NCBI GenBank assembly: GCA_963710375.1
Contig: CAVPZX010000004.1
Location: forward strand, 192,001 to 256,000
DNA: 64,000 nucleotides
Direction: 5' to 3'
Source: Nitrospirota bacterium
Lineage (GTDB): Bacteria > Nitrospirota > Thermodesulfovibrionia > Thermodesulfovibrionales > Dissulfurispiraceae
Position 1 is the stretch's first letter; each line of letters begins with the position of its first letter. Made by a program: the position numbers and the translations under genes. Shown one piece after another: positions 30,268 through 41,942 of the stretch. The notes under the pieces are model-generated. The model made no database searches. It saw only the letters and a list, made by a program, of their open reading frames with translations, and had not been told where the DNA came from.

Positions 30268-31037
30268 TTTAGGTATATCAAACGCAGTCCCTCAAACGTC
30301 AAATGGGGGCGATGAATAAAAGCCCTGTTTATAAAAGATGAAACTAATGGTGCGTTCCCTCCAGTCAGGACTAATTGTAACTTAATTTTAAGCTCTTTCT
30401 CCATCATTATTATGAGTTTTTCCACCGCACCGGCTGTTCCGTATACAATGCCGGATATAATGGATGACGCTGTATCTGTCCCGAGGGCCTTTTCCAGTGC
30501 ATCGGTGGAGACGAGAGGCAATTTTGCCGTTCCTGAGTTCAACGCTTTCAGCATCAGATAGATGCCGGGGGAAATGGCGCCTCCGAGAAGCGCGGACTTT
30601 TTCCCTACAACCGTGATAGTGGTTGCTGAGCCGAAATCCAAAACCGCTGTCGGCCGCCCCTTATTACAGTTAATCCCTGCAACGGCATTTGCGATCCTGT
30701 CGGCCCCGAGCTTGAACGGTTCTTTTACGCTAAAGGTAAGACCGCTGTTTGTTCCTGCGCTGACATATAGCGGACGTTTTCTGCAGAAAGAGGCGAGTGG
30801 CTTGTTTATTGCAGCGTTTCGGGCCGGGACCACTGAAGCAACAATCGCGGAAATGGACCTGGGTATGTTCTCAGTATGCGTCTCTTTTATCATTTGAGAG
30901 ATAATCTTTTTATAGAAGCCTGATGTTCGGGCAGGATGAGTCGGAACTTTTCTGACGATCAGAGATGTGCTATGTAACGGATCAGGGAATAAACCGAAAC
31001 CGATATTGGAATTTCCGATATTAACAGCAATCAACAT
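30261..31037 (-). CDS. coaX: Type III pantothenate kinase
   Basis: NIGNSN, LGADR, DFGSATT, GGAISPG, LTGG. Confidence 0.92.
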   Translation of the reverse strand: MLIAVNIGNSNIGFGLFPDPLHSTSLIVRKVPTHPARTSGFYKKIISQMIKETHTENIPRSISAIVASVVPARNAAINKPLASFCRKRPLYVSAGTNSGLTFSVKEPFKLGADRIANAVAGINCNKGRPTAVLDFGSATTITVVGKKSALLGGAISPGIYLMLKALNSGTAKLPLVSTDALEKALGTDTASSIISGIVYGTAGAVEKLIIMMEKELKIKLQLVLTGGNAPLVSSFINRAFIHRPHLTFEGLRLIYLKN

Positions 31038-31843
31038 CCTTGCCTCAGTATGGTAACATCTCCCGCATTTATTTTCACAACGGAACTGTCCTGGAGTCTA
31101 AGTATAAGCAGCCCTTCATTGTCAATGCCCTCTGCCAGGCCGGTGAGTTTCATTTCTCCTGTAGTGGCAGTAACAGTGCGGCCTATAGTGGAGGATAGGC
31201 TTTTCCATTTGTCAATGACAGGACCCTTTCCTGACTGCAGAAGAGTAGTGTACCAGTAGTCCAGAGATTTTATTATTTCGAGCGCGTACAGAGTCCTTGA
31301 TTGAGGATGTCCGGTTTGAAGCATGACCGACGTTGCAGTTTCCCGGATATTGTCCGGCATGTCGGAACTGTCGAGGTTTAGGTTGATCCCGATGCCGATC
31401 ACGGCATAATCAATGCTATCGGCGTCCGCCTTCATTTCGGTAAGGATGCCTCCTATTTTTTTGTCCGCCACCATTAAATCATTAGGCCATTTAATAGATA
31501 CTGGGACAGAAGAGAGACTTTGTATTGCTGACGTGCATGCAACAGCGGACATAAGAGTGAGTATTGATGCATCCTTCGGTGGTATGCCGGGCCGCACTAT
31601 GATACTGAGATACAAATTTTTCCCGGCCGGAGATACCCATGTTCTCCCTCGCCTTCCTCTTCCTTCTGTCTGGCTGTCGGCTATGATGACAGTACCTTCC
31701 CGCTGCCCTTTTGCGGCGAGTCCGACTGCCTCTGTGTTGGTCGAACCGGTTAGCGGGAAAAAAACTATTTCACTGCCGATTGTTACATTCTGATTTGAAA
31801 GGCCGTCTCTGATTTCCTTGACAGAGAGTTCAGCGCTCCGCAT
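31031..31843 (-). CDS. birA: Biotin--[acetyl-CoA-carboxylase] ligase (no N-terminal HTH)
   Basis: STN, QTEGRGRRGRTW, KWPND, KIGGIL. Confidence 0.93.
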   Translation of the reverse strand: MRSAELSVKEIRDGLSNQNVTIGSEIVFFPLTGSTNTEAVGLAAKGQREGTVIIADSQTEGRGRRGRTWVSPAGKNLYLSIIVRPGIPPKDASILTLMSAVACTSAIQSLSSVPVSIKWPNDLMVADKKIGGILTEMKADADSIDYAVIGIGINLNLDSSDMPDNIRETATSVMLQTGHPQSRTLYALEIIKSLDYWYTTLLQSGKGPVIDKWKSLSSTIGRTVTATTGEMKLTGLAEGIDNEGLLILRLQDSSVVKINAGDVTILRQGC

Positions 31844-32480
31844 TTTGTTTCTTTTCGGGCCACGCGCAATCTGTGTATAAAACGCAAATAGAGCAGCTCG
31901 GATTCTTAGCCGTACAGGTTTCCCTTCCGTGCAGGATAAGGGCGAGACTGAAGCGTGTCCACTTATCCTGCGGTATTTCCTGCATAAGCTCCAGTTCCAT
32001 CTTGTCGGCATTTTTTGAATATGAAAGCCCGAGGCGGCTTGCCACCCTCAGTACATGAGTGTCCACGGCTATTGCCTGCTGTCCGAAAGCGCATCCGAGT
32101 ATAACGTTAGCGGTCTTTCTTCCAACGCCCGGAAGGGTAATAAGCTGATCCATGGTCTGAGGGACACCCTCATGAAAGTCGCTTACCAATTTTCTGCAAC
32201 ACTCGATAATCGTCTTTGCCTTGCTCCGGTAATAGGTTATGCTGGAGATTTCACGCTCGAGTTCTTCGCTATCTGATTGAGCGAAGTGTTCAGCGGTCTG
32301 GTATCTCCTGAAGAGCGTTTCAGTAACCTGATTCACACGTTTATCAGGACACTGAGCGGAGAGGATGGTTGCGATAAGGAGCTCGAAAGGATTCCTGAAA
32401 CGGAGGGCGATTGTGGGGTCAGGATATTTTTTGAACAGCTTGGTTATGATTTTTTTTGCCGAAGCTTTAGCGTCAGGCAT
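31830..32480 (-). CDS. nth: Endonuclease III
   Basis: LLIATILSAQ, LPGVGRKTAN, AVDTH, C-x6-C-x2-C-x5-C. Confidence 0.95.
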   Translation of the reverse strand: MPDAKASAKKIITKLFKKYPDPTIALRFRNPFELLIATILSAQCPDKRVNQVTETLFRRYQTAEHFAQSDSEELEREISSITYYRSKAKTIIECCRKLVSDFHEGVPQTMDQLITLPGVGRKTANVILGCAFGQQAIAVDTHVLRVASRLGLSYSKNADKMELELMQEIPQDKWTRFSLALILHGRETCTAKNPSCSICVLYTDCAWPEKKQNAER

Positions 32481-32587
32481 AATCGAAATTATATCACAAA
32501 AATCAGCTTTATTTTTTTTCGAGACTTATGTTATGATTTTCTTTCCTGGTGTATCGGGAAGGTTGTAATGGAAGACTGCCTGATGAC

Positions 32588-32616
32588 TTGACAAGAGAAT
32601 ATTTCTCTGGTACACT
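32588..32616 (+). promoter_or_regulatory. Promoter of the ribosomal protein cluster
   Basis: TTGACA-17 nt-TACACT with TG extension. Confidence 0.75.
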
Positions 32617-32677
32617 TAACGGGTTTTCCGGTAAATCGGAGCTTTTCATTAATCATTAGTTAATGTGTGGAGGAAAA

Positions 32678-33049
32678 GTGCCTACAATCGCACAGTTAGT
32701 CAGGAACGGACGAAAGAAAGTTGAGAGGAAGACCAAGAGCCCGGCGCTCAAGAGCTGTCCGCAAAAGCGCGGAGTGTGTGTAAGGGTTTATACTACAACG
32801 CCTAAAAAGCCGAACTCGGCTTTGAGGAAGGTGGCCAGGGTCAGGCTTACAAACGGGATGGAGGTAACCGCCTACATTCCGGGTGTCGGACATAACCTTC
32901 AGGAGCATTCAATCGTCCTGATCAGAGGCGGCAGGGTCAAGGATCTTCCTGGTGTGAGATACCACATTCTGAGGGGGGCGCTTGATTGTGCAGGCGTAGC
33001 TGACAGGCGTCAGGGCAGGTCTAAGTACGGTGCAAAGAGACCCAAGTAA
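32678..33049 (+). CDS. rpsL: 30S ribosomal protein S12
   Basis: [24 protein letters not shown] start after GGAGG. Confidence 0.99.
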   Translation: MPTIAQLVRNGRKKVERKTKSPALKSCPQKRGVCVRVYTTTPKKPNSALRKVARVRLTNGMEVTAYIPGVGHNLQEHSIVLIRGGRVKDLPGVRYHILRGALDCAGVADRRQGRSKYGAKRPK

Positions 33050-33089
33050 GCAACAAAACAAAATTTAAACATAAACCGGAGTACTATAT

Positions 33090-33560
33090 ATGGCAAGAAG
33101 AAGAGTAGCTGAAAAAAGAGAGATTTTACCTGACCCGAAATACAGCAGCAAGCTTGTGAGCAGGTTTATGACCGTTCTGCTGAAGGATGGCAAAATGTCT
33201 ACTGCCGAGTCTATATGTTACGGTGCTTTCGATATTCTTAAGGACAAGACCGGCTCGGACCCGCTCAAGGTTTTCAAGGCTGCGGTTGAAAATGTGAAGC
33301 CTCTTCTCGAGGTGAAGCCGAGGAGGGTGGGTGGCGCGACTTACCAGGTCCCGATGGAGGTCAGGCCGCAGAGGAAAATTGCGCTAGCGCTTAGGTGGAT
33401 AGTAAGCTATGCCAGGCTCCGCAAGGAAAAAACAATGAGGGAGAGGATTGCCGCCGAATTGCTGGATGCATACAACAACACAGGCACTTCCATAAAGAAA
33501 AAAGAAGACACTCATAAAATGGCTGAGGCGAACAGAGCCTTTGCCCATTACCGTTGGTAA
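33090..33560 (+). CDS. rpsG: 30S ribosomal protein S7
   Basis: [23 protein letters not shown]. Confidence 0.99.
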   Translation: MARRRVAEKREILPDPKYSSKLVSRFMTVLLKDGKMSTAESICYGAFDILKDKTGSDPLKVFKAAVENVKPLLEVKPRRVGGATYQVPMEVRPQRKIALALRWIVSYARLRKEKTMRERIAAELLDAYNNTGTSIKKKEDTHKMAEANRAFAHYRW

Positions 33561-33568
33561 GGAGGAAT

Positions 33569-33600
33569 GGGGTCCGCGAAAAGTAGAAGACTTTTTGGGG
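33569..33600. repeat. About 33-bp REP-like hairpin, copy 1
   Basis: ggggtccgcgaaaagt-agaa-gactttttgggg; related copies at 49954 and 51978. Confidence 0.7.
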
Positions 33601-33614
33601 CTTGTTAGAACTGT

Positions 33615-35693
33615 ATGGCAAGAGCTGGTTTAGAAAAGACCCGTAATATAGGCATAATGGCTCACATCGATGCCGGAAAGACGACAACGACAGAGCGCAT
33701 ACTTTACTATACGGGTGTTACCTATAAGATCGGCGAAGTGCATGAAGGCACTGCTGTAATGGACTGGATGGTCCAGGAGCAGGAGCGGGGAATAACCATA
33801 ACCTCGGCTGCCACCACGTGCTTATGGAGAGATCACGTTATTAACATAATAGATACACCTGGTCATGTTGACTTTACCATAGAGGTCGAGCGTTCCCTGA
33901 GAGTGCTTGATGGCGCTGTCGCGGTATTTGATGCCGTGGCCGGCGTTGAGCCTCAATCCGAGACGGTATGGAGACAGGCCAATAAATACGAAGTGCCGAG
34001 GATCGCCTTTATGAACAAGATGGACAGGGTGGGAGCTGATTTTTTCCAGTCTGTTGAAAGCATGGTGCAGAGGTTGGGCGCCAATCCGGTCCCCGTCCAA
34101 ATACCTATAGGCAGCGAAGATAAATTGAGAGGCTCTATAGACCTTGTAACAATGAGGGCCTTCCTCTTCGATGATGAAACGCTCGGAGCAAAGTATGTCG
34201 AGGATGAGATTCCTGCCGAACTTGCAGCCAAGGCCAAGGAGTTCAGGGAAAAGATGATCGAGGCACTCGCCGATGTCGATGAGAAAATAATGGACAGGTA
34301 TCTCTCCGGAGAAGAAATTCCGGCAGCAGAGATCAGGAGTGCCCTTCGCCGGGGTACTATAGAGATGAAGCTTACCCCGGTGCTGTGCGGTTCCGCCTTT
34401 AAGAATAAGGGAGTACAGTTGCTGCTTGATGCAATTGTCGACTACCTGCCTTCTCCTTTGGATGTGCCCCCTATAGTGGGAAAACTGCCGTCCGATAGCA
34501 CCGAGGTTATAAGAAAGGCTTCTGACAGTGAGCCTTTTGCCGCTCTGGCGTTCAAAATAATGGCTGATAGCTTTGTCGGGCAGCTAACATTTGTAAGAGT
34601 GTACTCTGGAGTGCTTAGCGCGGGCTCTTATGTCTATAATTCTACAAAGGATGTGAAGGAAAGAATAGGCAGGATGGTCAAGATGCATGCAAATAAGAGA
34701 GAGGAAATAAAGGAGGTCAGGGCCGGCGATATAGCGGCAGTGGTTGGATTGAAGAGTACCCTGACCGGAGATACCCTCTGCGATGAGGACAACCCTGTCA
34801 TCCTCGAATCTATGGAGTTTCCGGATCCTGTCATATCAGTTGCGATTGAGCCAAAGACAAAGGCTGATCAGGAAAAACTTTCACACTCTATGGTAAAACT
34901 TGCACAGGAAGACCCTTCATTCAGGGTTTCCTATAATGAGGAGACCGGCCAGACTATTATTTCAGGCATGGGTGAACTCCATCTGGAAATAATAGTTGAC
35001 AGGTTATTAAGAGAATTCAAAGTCGGCGCCAATGTGGGCAAACCACAGGTGGCATACAAGGAAACGATAAAGGGCAACGCCAGGGTCGAAGGCAAATTTG
35101 TGCGTCAGTCAGGCGGCCGCGGCCAGTACGGTCATATATGGATTGATCTAGAGCCGCTTGAGCGTGGCCAGGGGTTTGAATTTGCAAACAAGATCGTGGG
35201 AGGCGCAATACCGAGAGAGTATGTCCCGGCTGTTGAAAAAGGAGTAAAAGAGGCCATGGTGGGCGGCGTGCTTGCAGGCTATCCACTTGTCGATGCAAAG
35301 GTATCGCTGATTGATGGATCGTATCATGAAGTCGATTCCTCTGAGATGGCTTTTAAAATAGCTGGATCCATGGCTTTGAAAGATGGAGCAAAAAAGGCGC
35401 AGTTAATTTTAATAGAGCCTATCATGAGCGTGGAAGTCGTTACTCCCGAGGAATATATGGGTGACGTCATCGGGGACTTGAATTCACGGCGGGGCAAAAT
35501 CCAGTCGATGGAACAAAGGTCAGGTGCTCAAGTGATAAAGGCGATGGTCCCCCTGGCTGAAATGTTCGGTTATTCTACAGACCTCAGATCAAAGACCCAG
35601 GGAAGGGCGACCTATACCATGCAATTTTCGAGTTATGAAGAAGTGCCGAAGAATATTATGGAAGGGATTGTAGCCAAAGTAAAGGGCGAATAG
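33615..35693 (+). CDS. fusA: Elongation factor G
   Basis: [25 protein letters not shown]. Confidence 0.99.
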   Translation: MARAGLEKTRNIGIMAHIDAGKTTTTERILYYTGVTYKIGEVHEGTAVMDWMVQEQERGITITSAATTCLWRDHVINIIDTPGHVDFTIEVERSLRVLDGAVAVFDAVAGVEPQSETVWRQANKYEVPRIAFMNKMDRVGADFFQSVESMVQRLGANPVPVQIPIGSEDKLRGSIDLVTMRAFLFDDETLGAKYVEDEIPAELAAKAKEFREKMIEALADVDEKIMDRYLSGEEIPAAEIRSALRRGTIEMKLTPVLCGSAFKNKGVQLLLDAIVDYLPSPLDVPPIVGKLPSDSTEVIRKASDSEPFAALAFKIMADSFVGQLTFVRVYSGVLSAGSYVYNSTKDVKERIGRMVKMHANKREEIKEVRAGDIAAVVGLKSTLTGDTLCDEDNPVILESMEFPDPVISVAIEPKTKADQEKLSHSMVKLAQEDPSFRVSYNEETGQTIISGMGELHLEIIVDRLLREFKVGANVGKPQVAYKETIKGNARVEGKFVRQSGGRGQYGHIWIDLEPLERGQGFEFANKIVGGAIPREYVPAVEKGVKEAMVGGVLAGYPLVDAKVSLIDGSYHEVDSSEMAFKIAGSMALKDGAKKAQLILIEPIMSVEVVTPEEYMGDVIGDLNSRRGKIQSMEQRSGAQVIKAMVPLAEMFGYSTDLRSKTQGRATYTMQFSSYEEVPKNIMEGIVAKVKGE

Positions 35694-35701
35694 GAGGAGA
35701 A

Positions 35702-36901
35702 ATGGCTAAGGCGAAATTTGAGAGGGTAAAGCCGCACGCGAACGTGGGGACGATAGGGCATGTTGACCATGGCAAGACGACATTGACGGCGGCGATAACC
35801 AAGGTATTAGCGATGAAGGGCCTGGCACAGTACAAGGCATATGATCAGATAGACAACGCGCCTGAAGAGAAGGCTCGTGGTATAACGATAGCGACAGCGC
35901 ATGTGGAGTACGAGACAGAGAAGCGTCACTATGCACATGTAGACTGTCCGGGGCATGCCGACTATGTAAAGAACATGATCACCGGTGCAGCGCAGATGGA
36001 CGGCGCGATATTGGTAGTGAGCGCAGCGGACGGGCCGATGCCGCAGACAAGGGAGCACATACTGCTGGCGCGTCAGGTAGGGGTGCCGTACATGGTGGTA
36101 TTTATGAATAAAGTGGACATGGTGGATGACCCTGAGCTATTGGACCTGGTGGAGCTTGAAGTAAGGGAGTTGTTGGTGAAGTACGGATTTCCGGGCAATG
36201 AGATACCTATAATAAGGGGCAGCGCGCTGAAGGCGATGGAGAGCCCGAGCAATGATCCCAATGCGCCTGAGTACAAGTGCATACTTGAGCTTGGCGATGC
36301 TGTTGACAGTTACATACCGACGCCAGAGCGGCCTGTGGACAAGCCGTTCATCATGCCGATAGAGGATGTATTTTCGATATCTGGAAGGGGCACGGTAGTG
36401 ACAGGAAGGGTAGAGCGCGGGATAGTGAAGGTAGGAGAGGAAGTAGAGATAGTGGGGTTGAGGGAGACGAGGAAGACAGTGGCTACCGGGGTGGAGATGT
36501 TCAGGAAGCTGCTGGATGAAGGGCGTGCCGGAGACAATATAGGGGTACTGCTCAGGGGAACAGGGAAGGACGAAGTGGAGAGGGGCATGGTGCTGGCAAA
36601 GCCGGGCAGTATAACCCCGCACACGAAGTTCAAGGCAGAGGCGTACATACTGACGAAGGAAGAGGGGGGCAGACACACCCCGTTTTTCAACGGATATCGT
36701 CCGCAGTTCTATTTCAGGACAACGGACGTGACAGGGGTGGCGACGTTGCCTGAGGGGATAGAGATGGTAATGCCTGGCGACAATGTAACGATATCGGTAG
36801 AGATGATAGCGCCCATAGCGATGGAGAAGGAACTGCGGTTTGCCATACGCGAGGGCGGCAGGACAGTTGGCGCCGGTGTTGTTACGGAAATACTGGAGTA
36901 A
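35702..36901 (+). CDS. tuf: Elongation factor Tu
   Basis: [29 protein letters not shown]. Confidence 0.99.
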   Translation: MAKAKFERVKPHANVGTIGHVDHGKTTLTAAITKVLAMKGLAQYKAYDQIDNAPEEKARGITIATAHVEYETEKRHYAHVDCPGHADYVKNMITGAAQMDGAILVVSAADGPMPQTREHILLARQVGVPYMVVFMNKVDMVDDPELLDLVELEVRELLVKYGFPGNEIPIIRGSALKAMESPSNDPNAPEYKCILELGDAVDSYIPTPERPVDKPFIMPIEDVFSISGRGTVVTGRVERGIVKVGEEVEIVGLRETRKTVATGVEMFRKLLDEGRAGDNIGVLLRGTGKDEVERGMVLAKPGSITPHTKFKAEAYILTKEEGGRHTPFFNGYRPQFYFRTTDVTGVATLPEGIEMVMPGDNVTISVEMIAPIAMEKELRFAIREGGRTVGAGVVTEILE

Positions 36902-36903
36902 TT

Positions 36904-37212
36904 GTGGTGAATCAAAAAATAAGAATAAAATTGAAAGCGTATGACCACAGGCTGCTTGACCAGTCTGTAAAGGAAATTGTTGATACTGCGCAGAGGACAG
37001 GCGCCAGGGTTTCGGGACCGGTGCCTTTACCGACCCAGATCAGCAAATATACCGTACTGAGGTCGCCTCATGTTGACAAGAAGTCCAGAGAACAATTCGA
37101 GATACGGACACATAAACGGCTTGTCGATATTTATGATCCTACCCCGGATACTGTGGACGCGTTGATGAAGCTTGAGCTTGCCTCAGGGGTAGATGTGGAG
37201 ATAAAGCTATGA
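36904..37212 (+). CDS. rpsJ: 30S ribosomal protein S10
   Basis: [23 protein letters not shown]. Confidence 0.99.
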   Translation: MVNQKIRIKLKAYDHRLLDQSVKEIVDTAQRTGARVSGPVPLPTQISKYTVLRSPHVDKKSREQFEIRTHKRLVDIYDPTPDTVDALMKLELASGVDVEIKL

Positions 37213-37823
37213 CAGGAATCCTTGGCAAGAAACTCGGAATGACACAGGTATTTACCGAAGATGGAAGGTTGATACCTGTGACTGTAGTTGAGGCGGGTCC
37301 GTGCTGCGTTGTGCAGGTCAAGACATCTGAAAAGGACGGCTATGAGGCGGTCAAACTCGGGTTTGTCGAAGAGCGGAAGGCGAAGAACGTTGGTAAGCCT
37401 ATGGCAGGCGTTTTTAAAAAGGCCGGGACCGCTGCCTTTAAAGTGCTGAAAGAGTTTCCAATGACCGGGCTTAAGGTCGGCGATATGATAAAGTCGGAGA
37501 GCTTTGCCAAGGGCGACATTGTATCGGTATCGGGCATATCAAAGGGCAAAGGGTTTCAGGGTGTCATGAAGCGGCACAATTTTAAAGGCGGGCCGGGCTC
37601 ACATGGTTCAATGTTCAACAGAGCGCCTGGCTCGATCGGCGGGAGCTCTTACCCTTCGAGAGTGTGGAAGGGAATGAGGATGGCAGGGCATATGGGGTGC
37701 GACCGGGTGACTGTTCAGAACATGACTGTTGTTGATGTGCGTCCTGAGCAGAACCTCTTGCTTATAAAAGGCGCCATACCCGGGTCTGCGAATACGATAA
37801 TAGAGATTCGAAAGGGAAGATAA
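37209..37823 (+). CDS. rplC: 50S ribosomal protein L3
   Basis: [16 protein letters not shown]. Confidence 0.99.
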   Translation: MTGILGKKLGMTQVFTEDGRLIPVTVVEAGPCCVVQVKTSEKDGYEAVKLGFVEERKAKNVGKPMAGVFKKAGTAAFKVLKEFPMTGLKVGDMIKSESFAKGDIVSVSGISKGKGFQGVMKRHNFKGGPGSHGSMFNRAPGSIGGSSYPSRVWKGMRMAGHMGCDRVTVQNMTVVDVRPEQNLLLIKGAIPGSANTIIEIRKGR

Positions 37824-37824
37824 G

Positions 37825-38466
37825 ATGCAGCCAGATAACATGAGTATTGAAATTAAGGACGTTAATAATAAGGTCAAGGGTACTATGAACCTTGCCGGCT
37901 CGGTTTTTGCCAATGAAGCTTCCGATTCAGTGGTGCATACATCCGTTGTAACGTTCCTTGCTAATCAGAGGCAGGGGACCCATGCTACCAAGACAAGGGG
38001 GATGGTGAGCGGTGGCGGCAAGAAGCCCTGGAAGCAGAAACATACAGGAAGGGCCAGGCAGGGCAGCACGAGGGCCCCTCAATGGCGGAGTGGAGGCATT
38101 GCTTTTGGCCCTCAGCCTCGGGACTATTCAGTAAGGCTTCCGAAGCAGTTGAGGAAGGTAGCCCTCTTTAAGGCATTGACAATGAAACTTGCAGATGGCC
38201 AGGTGGTGCTGCTTGATGCCTTATCACTCGATAAGCCGAAGACAAAGGATATGATACAAGTTCTCAGCAATCTCGGTTTGGCCGACAAAACGGTGCTCAT
38301 AGTATTGCCTGAAAGCGATAAAAATATAATATGCTCGACAAGGAACATTCCCGGAGTTGATGTTGTCAGGGCGTCCGATCTTAATGCGTACGCGGTGGCA
38401 GTATATGATAATGTTGTTTTTACTGCTGATGCGCTGGCGAAACTGTCCGCCCGGGCGGATGAATAA
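37825..38466 (+). CDS. rplD: 50S ribosomal protein L4
   Basis: RQGTHATKTR, KPWKQKHTGRARQGS. Confidence 0.98.
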   Translation: MQPDNMSIEIKDVNNKVKGTMNLAGSVFANEASDSVVHTSVVTFLANQRQGTHATKTRGMVSGGGKKPWKQKHTGRARQGSTRAPQWRSGGIAFGPQPRDYSVRLPKQLRKVALFKALTMKLADGQVVLLDALSLDKPKTKDMIQVLSNLGLADKTVLIVLPESDKNIICSTRNIPGVDVVRASDLNAYAVAVYDNVVFTADALAKLSARADE

Positions 38467-38475
38467 GGAGTTGCT

Positions 38476-38766
38476 ATGAAGAGAATTTACGACATTATAA
38501 AAAAACCTCTCTTTAATGAGAAAGGCATGGACATGAAAGAGAGGGAGAATAAAATTCTTGTTGAAATCGATCCAAGGGCCAATAAGCATGAAGTAAAGAA
38601 AGCCATGGAAGAAATATTTAAGGTAAAGGTCGAAAAGGTTGCCACGATAAATGTCAGTGGAAAACTAAAACGGTTCGGAAAGTCTATCGGCAGAAGGTCC
38701 GACAGGAAGAAGGCCATAATCACATTGAAACAGGGTGAAAAGCTCGACTTTATTGAGGGTGCGTAA
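38476..38766 (+). CDS. rplW: 50S ribosomal protein L23
   Basis: ANKHEVK, KKAIITL; operon position. Confidence 0.98.
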   Translation: MKRIYDIIKKPLFNEKGMDMKERENKILVEIDPRANKHEVKKAMEEIFKVKVEKVATINVSGKLKRFGKSIGRRSDRKKAIITLKQGEKLDFIEGA

Positions 38767-39585
38767 ATGGGAATAAGAAAGTTTAATCCGACATCTGCCG
38801 GCAGAAGGTTCCAGAGTTCATCAGATTACAGCGACATAACAACCGATAGACCTCATAAACCTCTTACAGCGCCACTCAGGAAGAGCGGCGGCAGGAACAA
38901 TACCGGCGAGGTTACAAGCTGGCAGAGGGGAGGGGGCAACAAGCGGCAGTACAGGATTATTGATTTTAACCGTAATAAGATCGGCATTCCGGCAACGGTT
39001 GCAACTATAGAGTATGACCCCAACAGGTCTGCCCGCATCGCGCTTCTGAAGTATAAGGATGGCGAGTACCGCTACATCCTGGCGCCTGTCGGGCTGAGTG
39101 TGGGAGATAGCGTTATGTCGGGGCCGAATGCCGAAATTAAAGCTGGCAATGCATTAACTATAAAGGGAATACCTCTCGGTACCATGATACATAACATTGA
39201 GTTGAATCCCGGCCAGGGCGCCAAACTTGTCAGAGGCGCAGGGGCCGCTGCTCAACTGGTTGCCAAAGAGGGGGAATATGCCCAGATAAAGCTGCCATCA
39301 GGCGAGGCGAGGTATGTGATGGCCTCTTGCATGGCAACAATCGGCCAGGTGGGGAATGTCGAGTATGAAAATATTTCTTACGGAAAGGCCGGCAGGAAAC
39401 GCTATCTGGGGAAAAGGCCTCATGTGAGAGGAGTAGTTATGAACCCTCATGATCATCCGCTCGGCGGCGGAGAAGGCAGAACTTCCGGCGGCAGGCCTCC
39501 ATGCTCACCTTGGGGAAAGCCGGAAGGTGTAAAGACAAGACACAATAAGAAGACTGATAGATTGATAGTGAAAAGAAGAAAATAA
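38767..39585 (+). CDS. rplB: 50S ribosomal protein L2
   Basis: [21 protein letters not shown]. Confidence 0.99.
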   Translation: MGIRKFNPTSAGRRFQSSSDYSDITTDRPHKPLTAPLRKSGGRNNTGEVTSWQRGGGNKRQYRIIDFNRNKIGIPATVATIEYDPNRSARIALLKYKDGEYRYILAPVGLSVGDSVMSGPNAEIKAGNALTIKGIPLGTMIHNIELNPGQGAKLVRGAGAAAQLVAKEGEYAQIKLPSGEARYVMASCMATIGQVGNVEYENISYGKAGRKRYLGKRPHVRGVVMNPHDHPLGGGEGRTSGGRPPCSPWGKPEGVKTRHNKKTDRLIVKRRK

Positions 39586-39588
39586 GAA

Positions 39589-39705
39589 CGTGAATGGTGA
39601 ATCGTGAATAGTGAATGGCAAAACATAAAGACTGTTAATAATACTGACTGTATGACGCTCTTATACAAGCCGTCACGATTCACTATTCACGATTCACCAT
39701 TCACG
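39589..39705. repeat. Heptamer (NGTGAAT/ATTCACN) element with a perfect 28-bp stem
   Basis: 39589-39616 is the exact reverse complement of 39678-39705. Confidence 0.92.
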
Positions 39706-39722
39706 AATTAAAGGAGGATTAC

Positions 39723-40010
39723 GTGCCACGATCCTTAAAAAAGGGGCCATTTGTTGAGCCCAAACTGCTGAAAAAAGTCTTGTTGGTGACAGGCGCTGGT
39801 GACAAGAGGATGATTAAGACATGGTCAAGGCGTTCTACGATTGTGCCTGAATTTATAGGGCTGACTTTTGCTGTTCATAACGGTAAAAAATTTATCCCGG
39901 TTTATGTCACTGAGAACATGGTGGGACACAAACTAGGTGAATTTTCGCCAACAAGGACATTTAGAGGGCATTCGGGCTCAGCAGCTAAGGCTGCTGCGAC
40001 GAAAGGTTAA
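39723..40010 (+). CDS. rpsS: 30S ribosomal protein S19
   Basis: [26 protein letters not shown]. Confidence 0.99.
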   Translation: MPRSLKKGPFVEPKLLKKVLLVTGAGDKRMIKTWSRRSTIVPEFIGLTFAVHNGKKFIPVYVTENMVGHKLGEFSPTRTFRGHSGSAAKAAATKG

Positions 40011-40016
40011 TTGATT

Positions 40017-40352
40017 ATGCTATCGAAAGCGATATTGCGACATGCGAAAATGACCCCGCGGAAAGCCAGAAGGGTAGTGGACCTTATCAGGGGCAAGAGG
40101 GCAGCCGATGCGCTGGTTTCACTCAGATTTATGCCATACAGAGGGGCACGCTCTGTTGAAAAGCTTCTGAAGTCCGCAATGGCAAACGCAGAACAAAAAG
40201 ACACTCAGGTAGACATCGACAAATTGAAAATTAAGACGGCTTTTGTAGATAATGGTCCTTTTATGAAACGGATGGAGCCGAGATCTATGGGAAGAGCCAA
40301 TGTCATTAAGAAGAGATCTTGTCATATAACCATTATTCTTTCGGAGGAATGA
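40017..40352 (+). CDS. rplV: 50S ribosomal protein L22
   Basis: PRKARRVVDLIRGK, SAMANAE. Confidence 0.98.
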   Translation: MLSKAILRHAKMTPRKARRVVDLIRGKRAADALVSLRFMPYRGARSVEKLLKSAMANAEQKDTQVDIDKLKIKTAFVDNGPFMKRMEPRSMGRANVIKKRSCHITIILSEE

Positions 40353-40388
40353 AAATGAAGTATTGTCATATGGACTGGGGGTGCTGAT

Positions 40389-41045
40389 TTGGGTCAGAAG
40401 ACGAATCCTATAGGTAATAGACTGGGCATTATACGGACCTGGGAATCAAGGTGGTTTCTTAAAAAGGGATACCAGCATCAGCTCCTGGAAGACATAGAGG
40501 TGCGCAAGTCAATAAAGAAGAAGCTCTTCCACGCAGGTGTCTCAAGAATAGAGATAGAACGGCCTGGTCAAAAACTGAAGGTCATAATACATACCGCCCG
40601 GCCTGGCATTATTATCGGCAAAAAGGGCGCTGAAGTTGAAAAGCTGAAGAAGGAACTGGAAGATGCAACGAAAAAACAGGTTGCAATCGATATAAAAGAG
40701 ATCAGGAAACCGGAAGTGGATGCGCAGCTTGTGTCCGAGAATATAGCGCTTCAGCTGGAAAAGAGGGTCGCATTCAGGAGGGCGCTCAAGCGGGCGGTGG
40801 CCTCAGCTGTCAGGTTCGGTGCGCTGGGTATCAAGGTCCAGTGTTCGGGGAGGCTGGCCGGTGCTGAAATTGCCAGAACGGAGTGGTATAGAGAAGGAAG
40901 GGTGCCTCTAAGCACCTTCAGGGCAAATATAGATTACGGATTTGCGGAAGCACGGACGACATTCGGCGCAATTGGTATAAAGGTATGGCTTTATCATGGC
41001 GATATACTCGCTGAACCACCGGTTGCCGCCTTATTAAGCGAATAA
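40389..41045 (+). CDS. rpsC: 30S ribosomal protein S3
   Basis: [26 protein letters not shown]. Confidence 0.99.
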   Translation: MGQKTNPIGNRLGIIRTWESRWFLKKGYQHQLLEDIEVRKSIKKKLFHAGVSRIEIERPGQKLKVIIHTARPGIIIGKKGAEVEKLKKELEDATKKQVAIDIKEIRKPEVDAQLVSENIALQLEKRVAFRRALKRAVASAVRFGALGIKVQCSGRLAGAEIARTEWYREGRVPLSTFRANIDYGFAEARTTFGAIGIKVWLYHGDILAEPPVAALLSE

Positions 41046-41060
41046 TCAGGAGAGTAAGAT

Positions 41061-41480
41061 ATGCTGGCACCAAAAAAAGTTAAATTTAGAAAAATGATGA
41101 AAGGCAATATGAACGGCAAGGCATACCGTGGCTCGGACGTCAGCTTTGGTGAGTTCGCTATGAAAGCTACGGAGCCTGGCTGGATAACGAGCCGCCAGAT
41201 AGAGGCCGCCAGGGTTGCCATAACTCGACATGCCAAGAAAGGCTGCAAGGTATGGATAAGGATTTTCCCGGATAAGCCTATAACCAAGAAGCCCGCCGAA
41301 ACAAGAATGGGTAAAGGCAAAGGCAATCCGGAGTACTGGGTTGCGGTTGTCAGTCCCGGAAGAATACTGTATGAGGTTTCAGGGGTTTCAGAAGATATTG
41401 CAAAAGAGGCATTCAAGCTTGCATCAAGGAAACTGTCTATTGCTACAAAATTTGTCGCTAGAGAGGTGGCAGTGTTATGA
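41061..41480 (+). CDS. rplP: 50S ribosomal protein L16
   Basis: RQIEAAR, RMGKGKG. Confidence 0.99.
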   Translation: MLAPKKVKFRKMMKGNMNGKAYRGSDVSFGEFAMKATEPGWITSRQIEAARVAITRHAKKGCKVWIRIFPDKPITKKPAETRMGKGKGNPEYWVAVVSPGRILYEVSGVSEDIAKEAFKLASRKLSIATKFVAREVAVL

Positions 41481-41701
41481 AACCTTCTGAAGTAAGGGCG
41501 TTATCTATAGAGGAATTGAGGCAGAAAGAGATGGACTTGCGGAAGGAGCTGTTCAACCTCAGGTTTCAGCTTTCGAAGGGTGAATTGCAGAACAATAGCA
41601 GAGTACTTGCAGTGCGCAAGGACATAGCGAAAGTGCTGACGGTCATTACTGAAAAGGAGCCTCATGCGGAGACCGGCAAAGGAGGCGCCAAAAATGCCTA
41701 A
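41477..41701 (+). CDS. rpmC: 50S ribosomal protein L29
   Basis: [17 protein letters not shown]. Confidence 0.97.
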   Translation: MKPSEVRALSIEELRQKEMDLRKELFNLRFQLSKGELQNNSRVLAVRKDIAKVLTVITEKEPHAETGKGGAKNA

Positions 41702-41942
41702 GAAGACATACACAGGTAAAGTAGTCAGCGATAAGATGGACAAGACGGTTGTGGTAGCGGTTACCAGGACTTTTCAACACCCGATCTATCTTAAAACTGT
41801 CAAGAAGGTCACCAAGCTCAAAGCTCACGACGAGGAGAATAAATGTAAGGCGGGCGATGTGGTCGAGATTGTTGAAAGCAGGCCGCTTAGTGCGGACAAA
41901 CGGTGGCAGGTGATCAAAATCGTTAAAGGCGAGGGTAAGTAA
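41694..41942 (+). CDS. rpsQ: 30S ribosomal protein S17
   Basis: [23 protein letters not shown]. Confidence 0.98.
   Translation: MPKKTYTGKVVSDKMDKTVVVAVTRTFQHPIYLKTVKKVTKLKAHDEENKCKAGDVVEIVESRPLSADKRWQVIKIVKGEGK

Noticed and set aside
31844..32011. N-terminal extension of birA in the ORF track
   Set aside because: It overlaps nth in another frame and is not an HTH; the ATG at 31843 is the better start.
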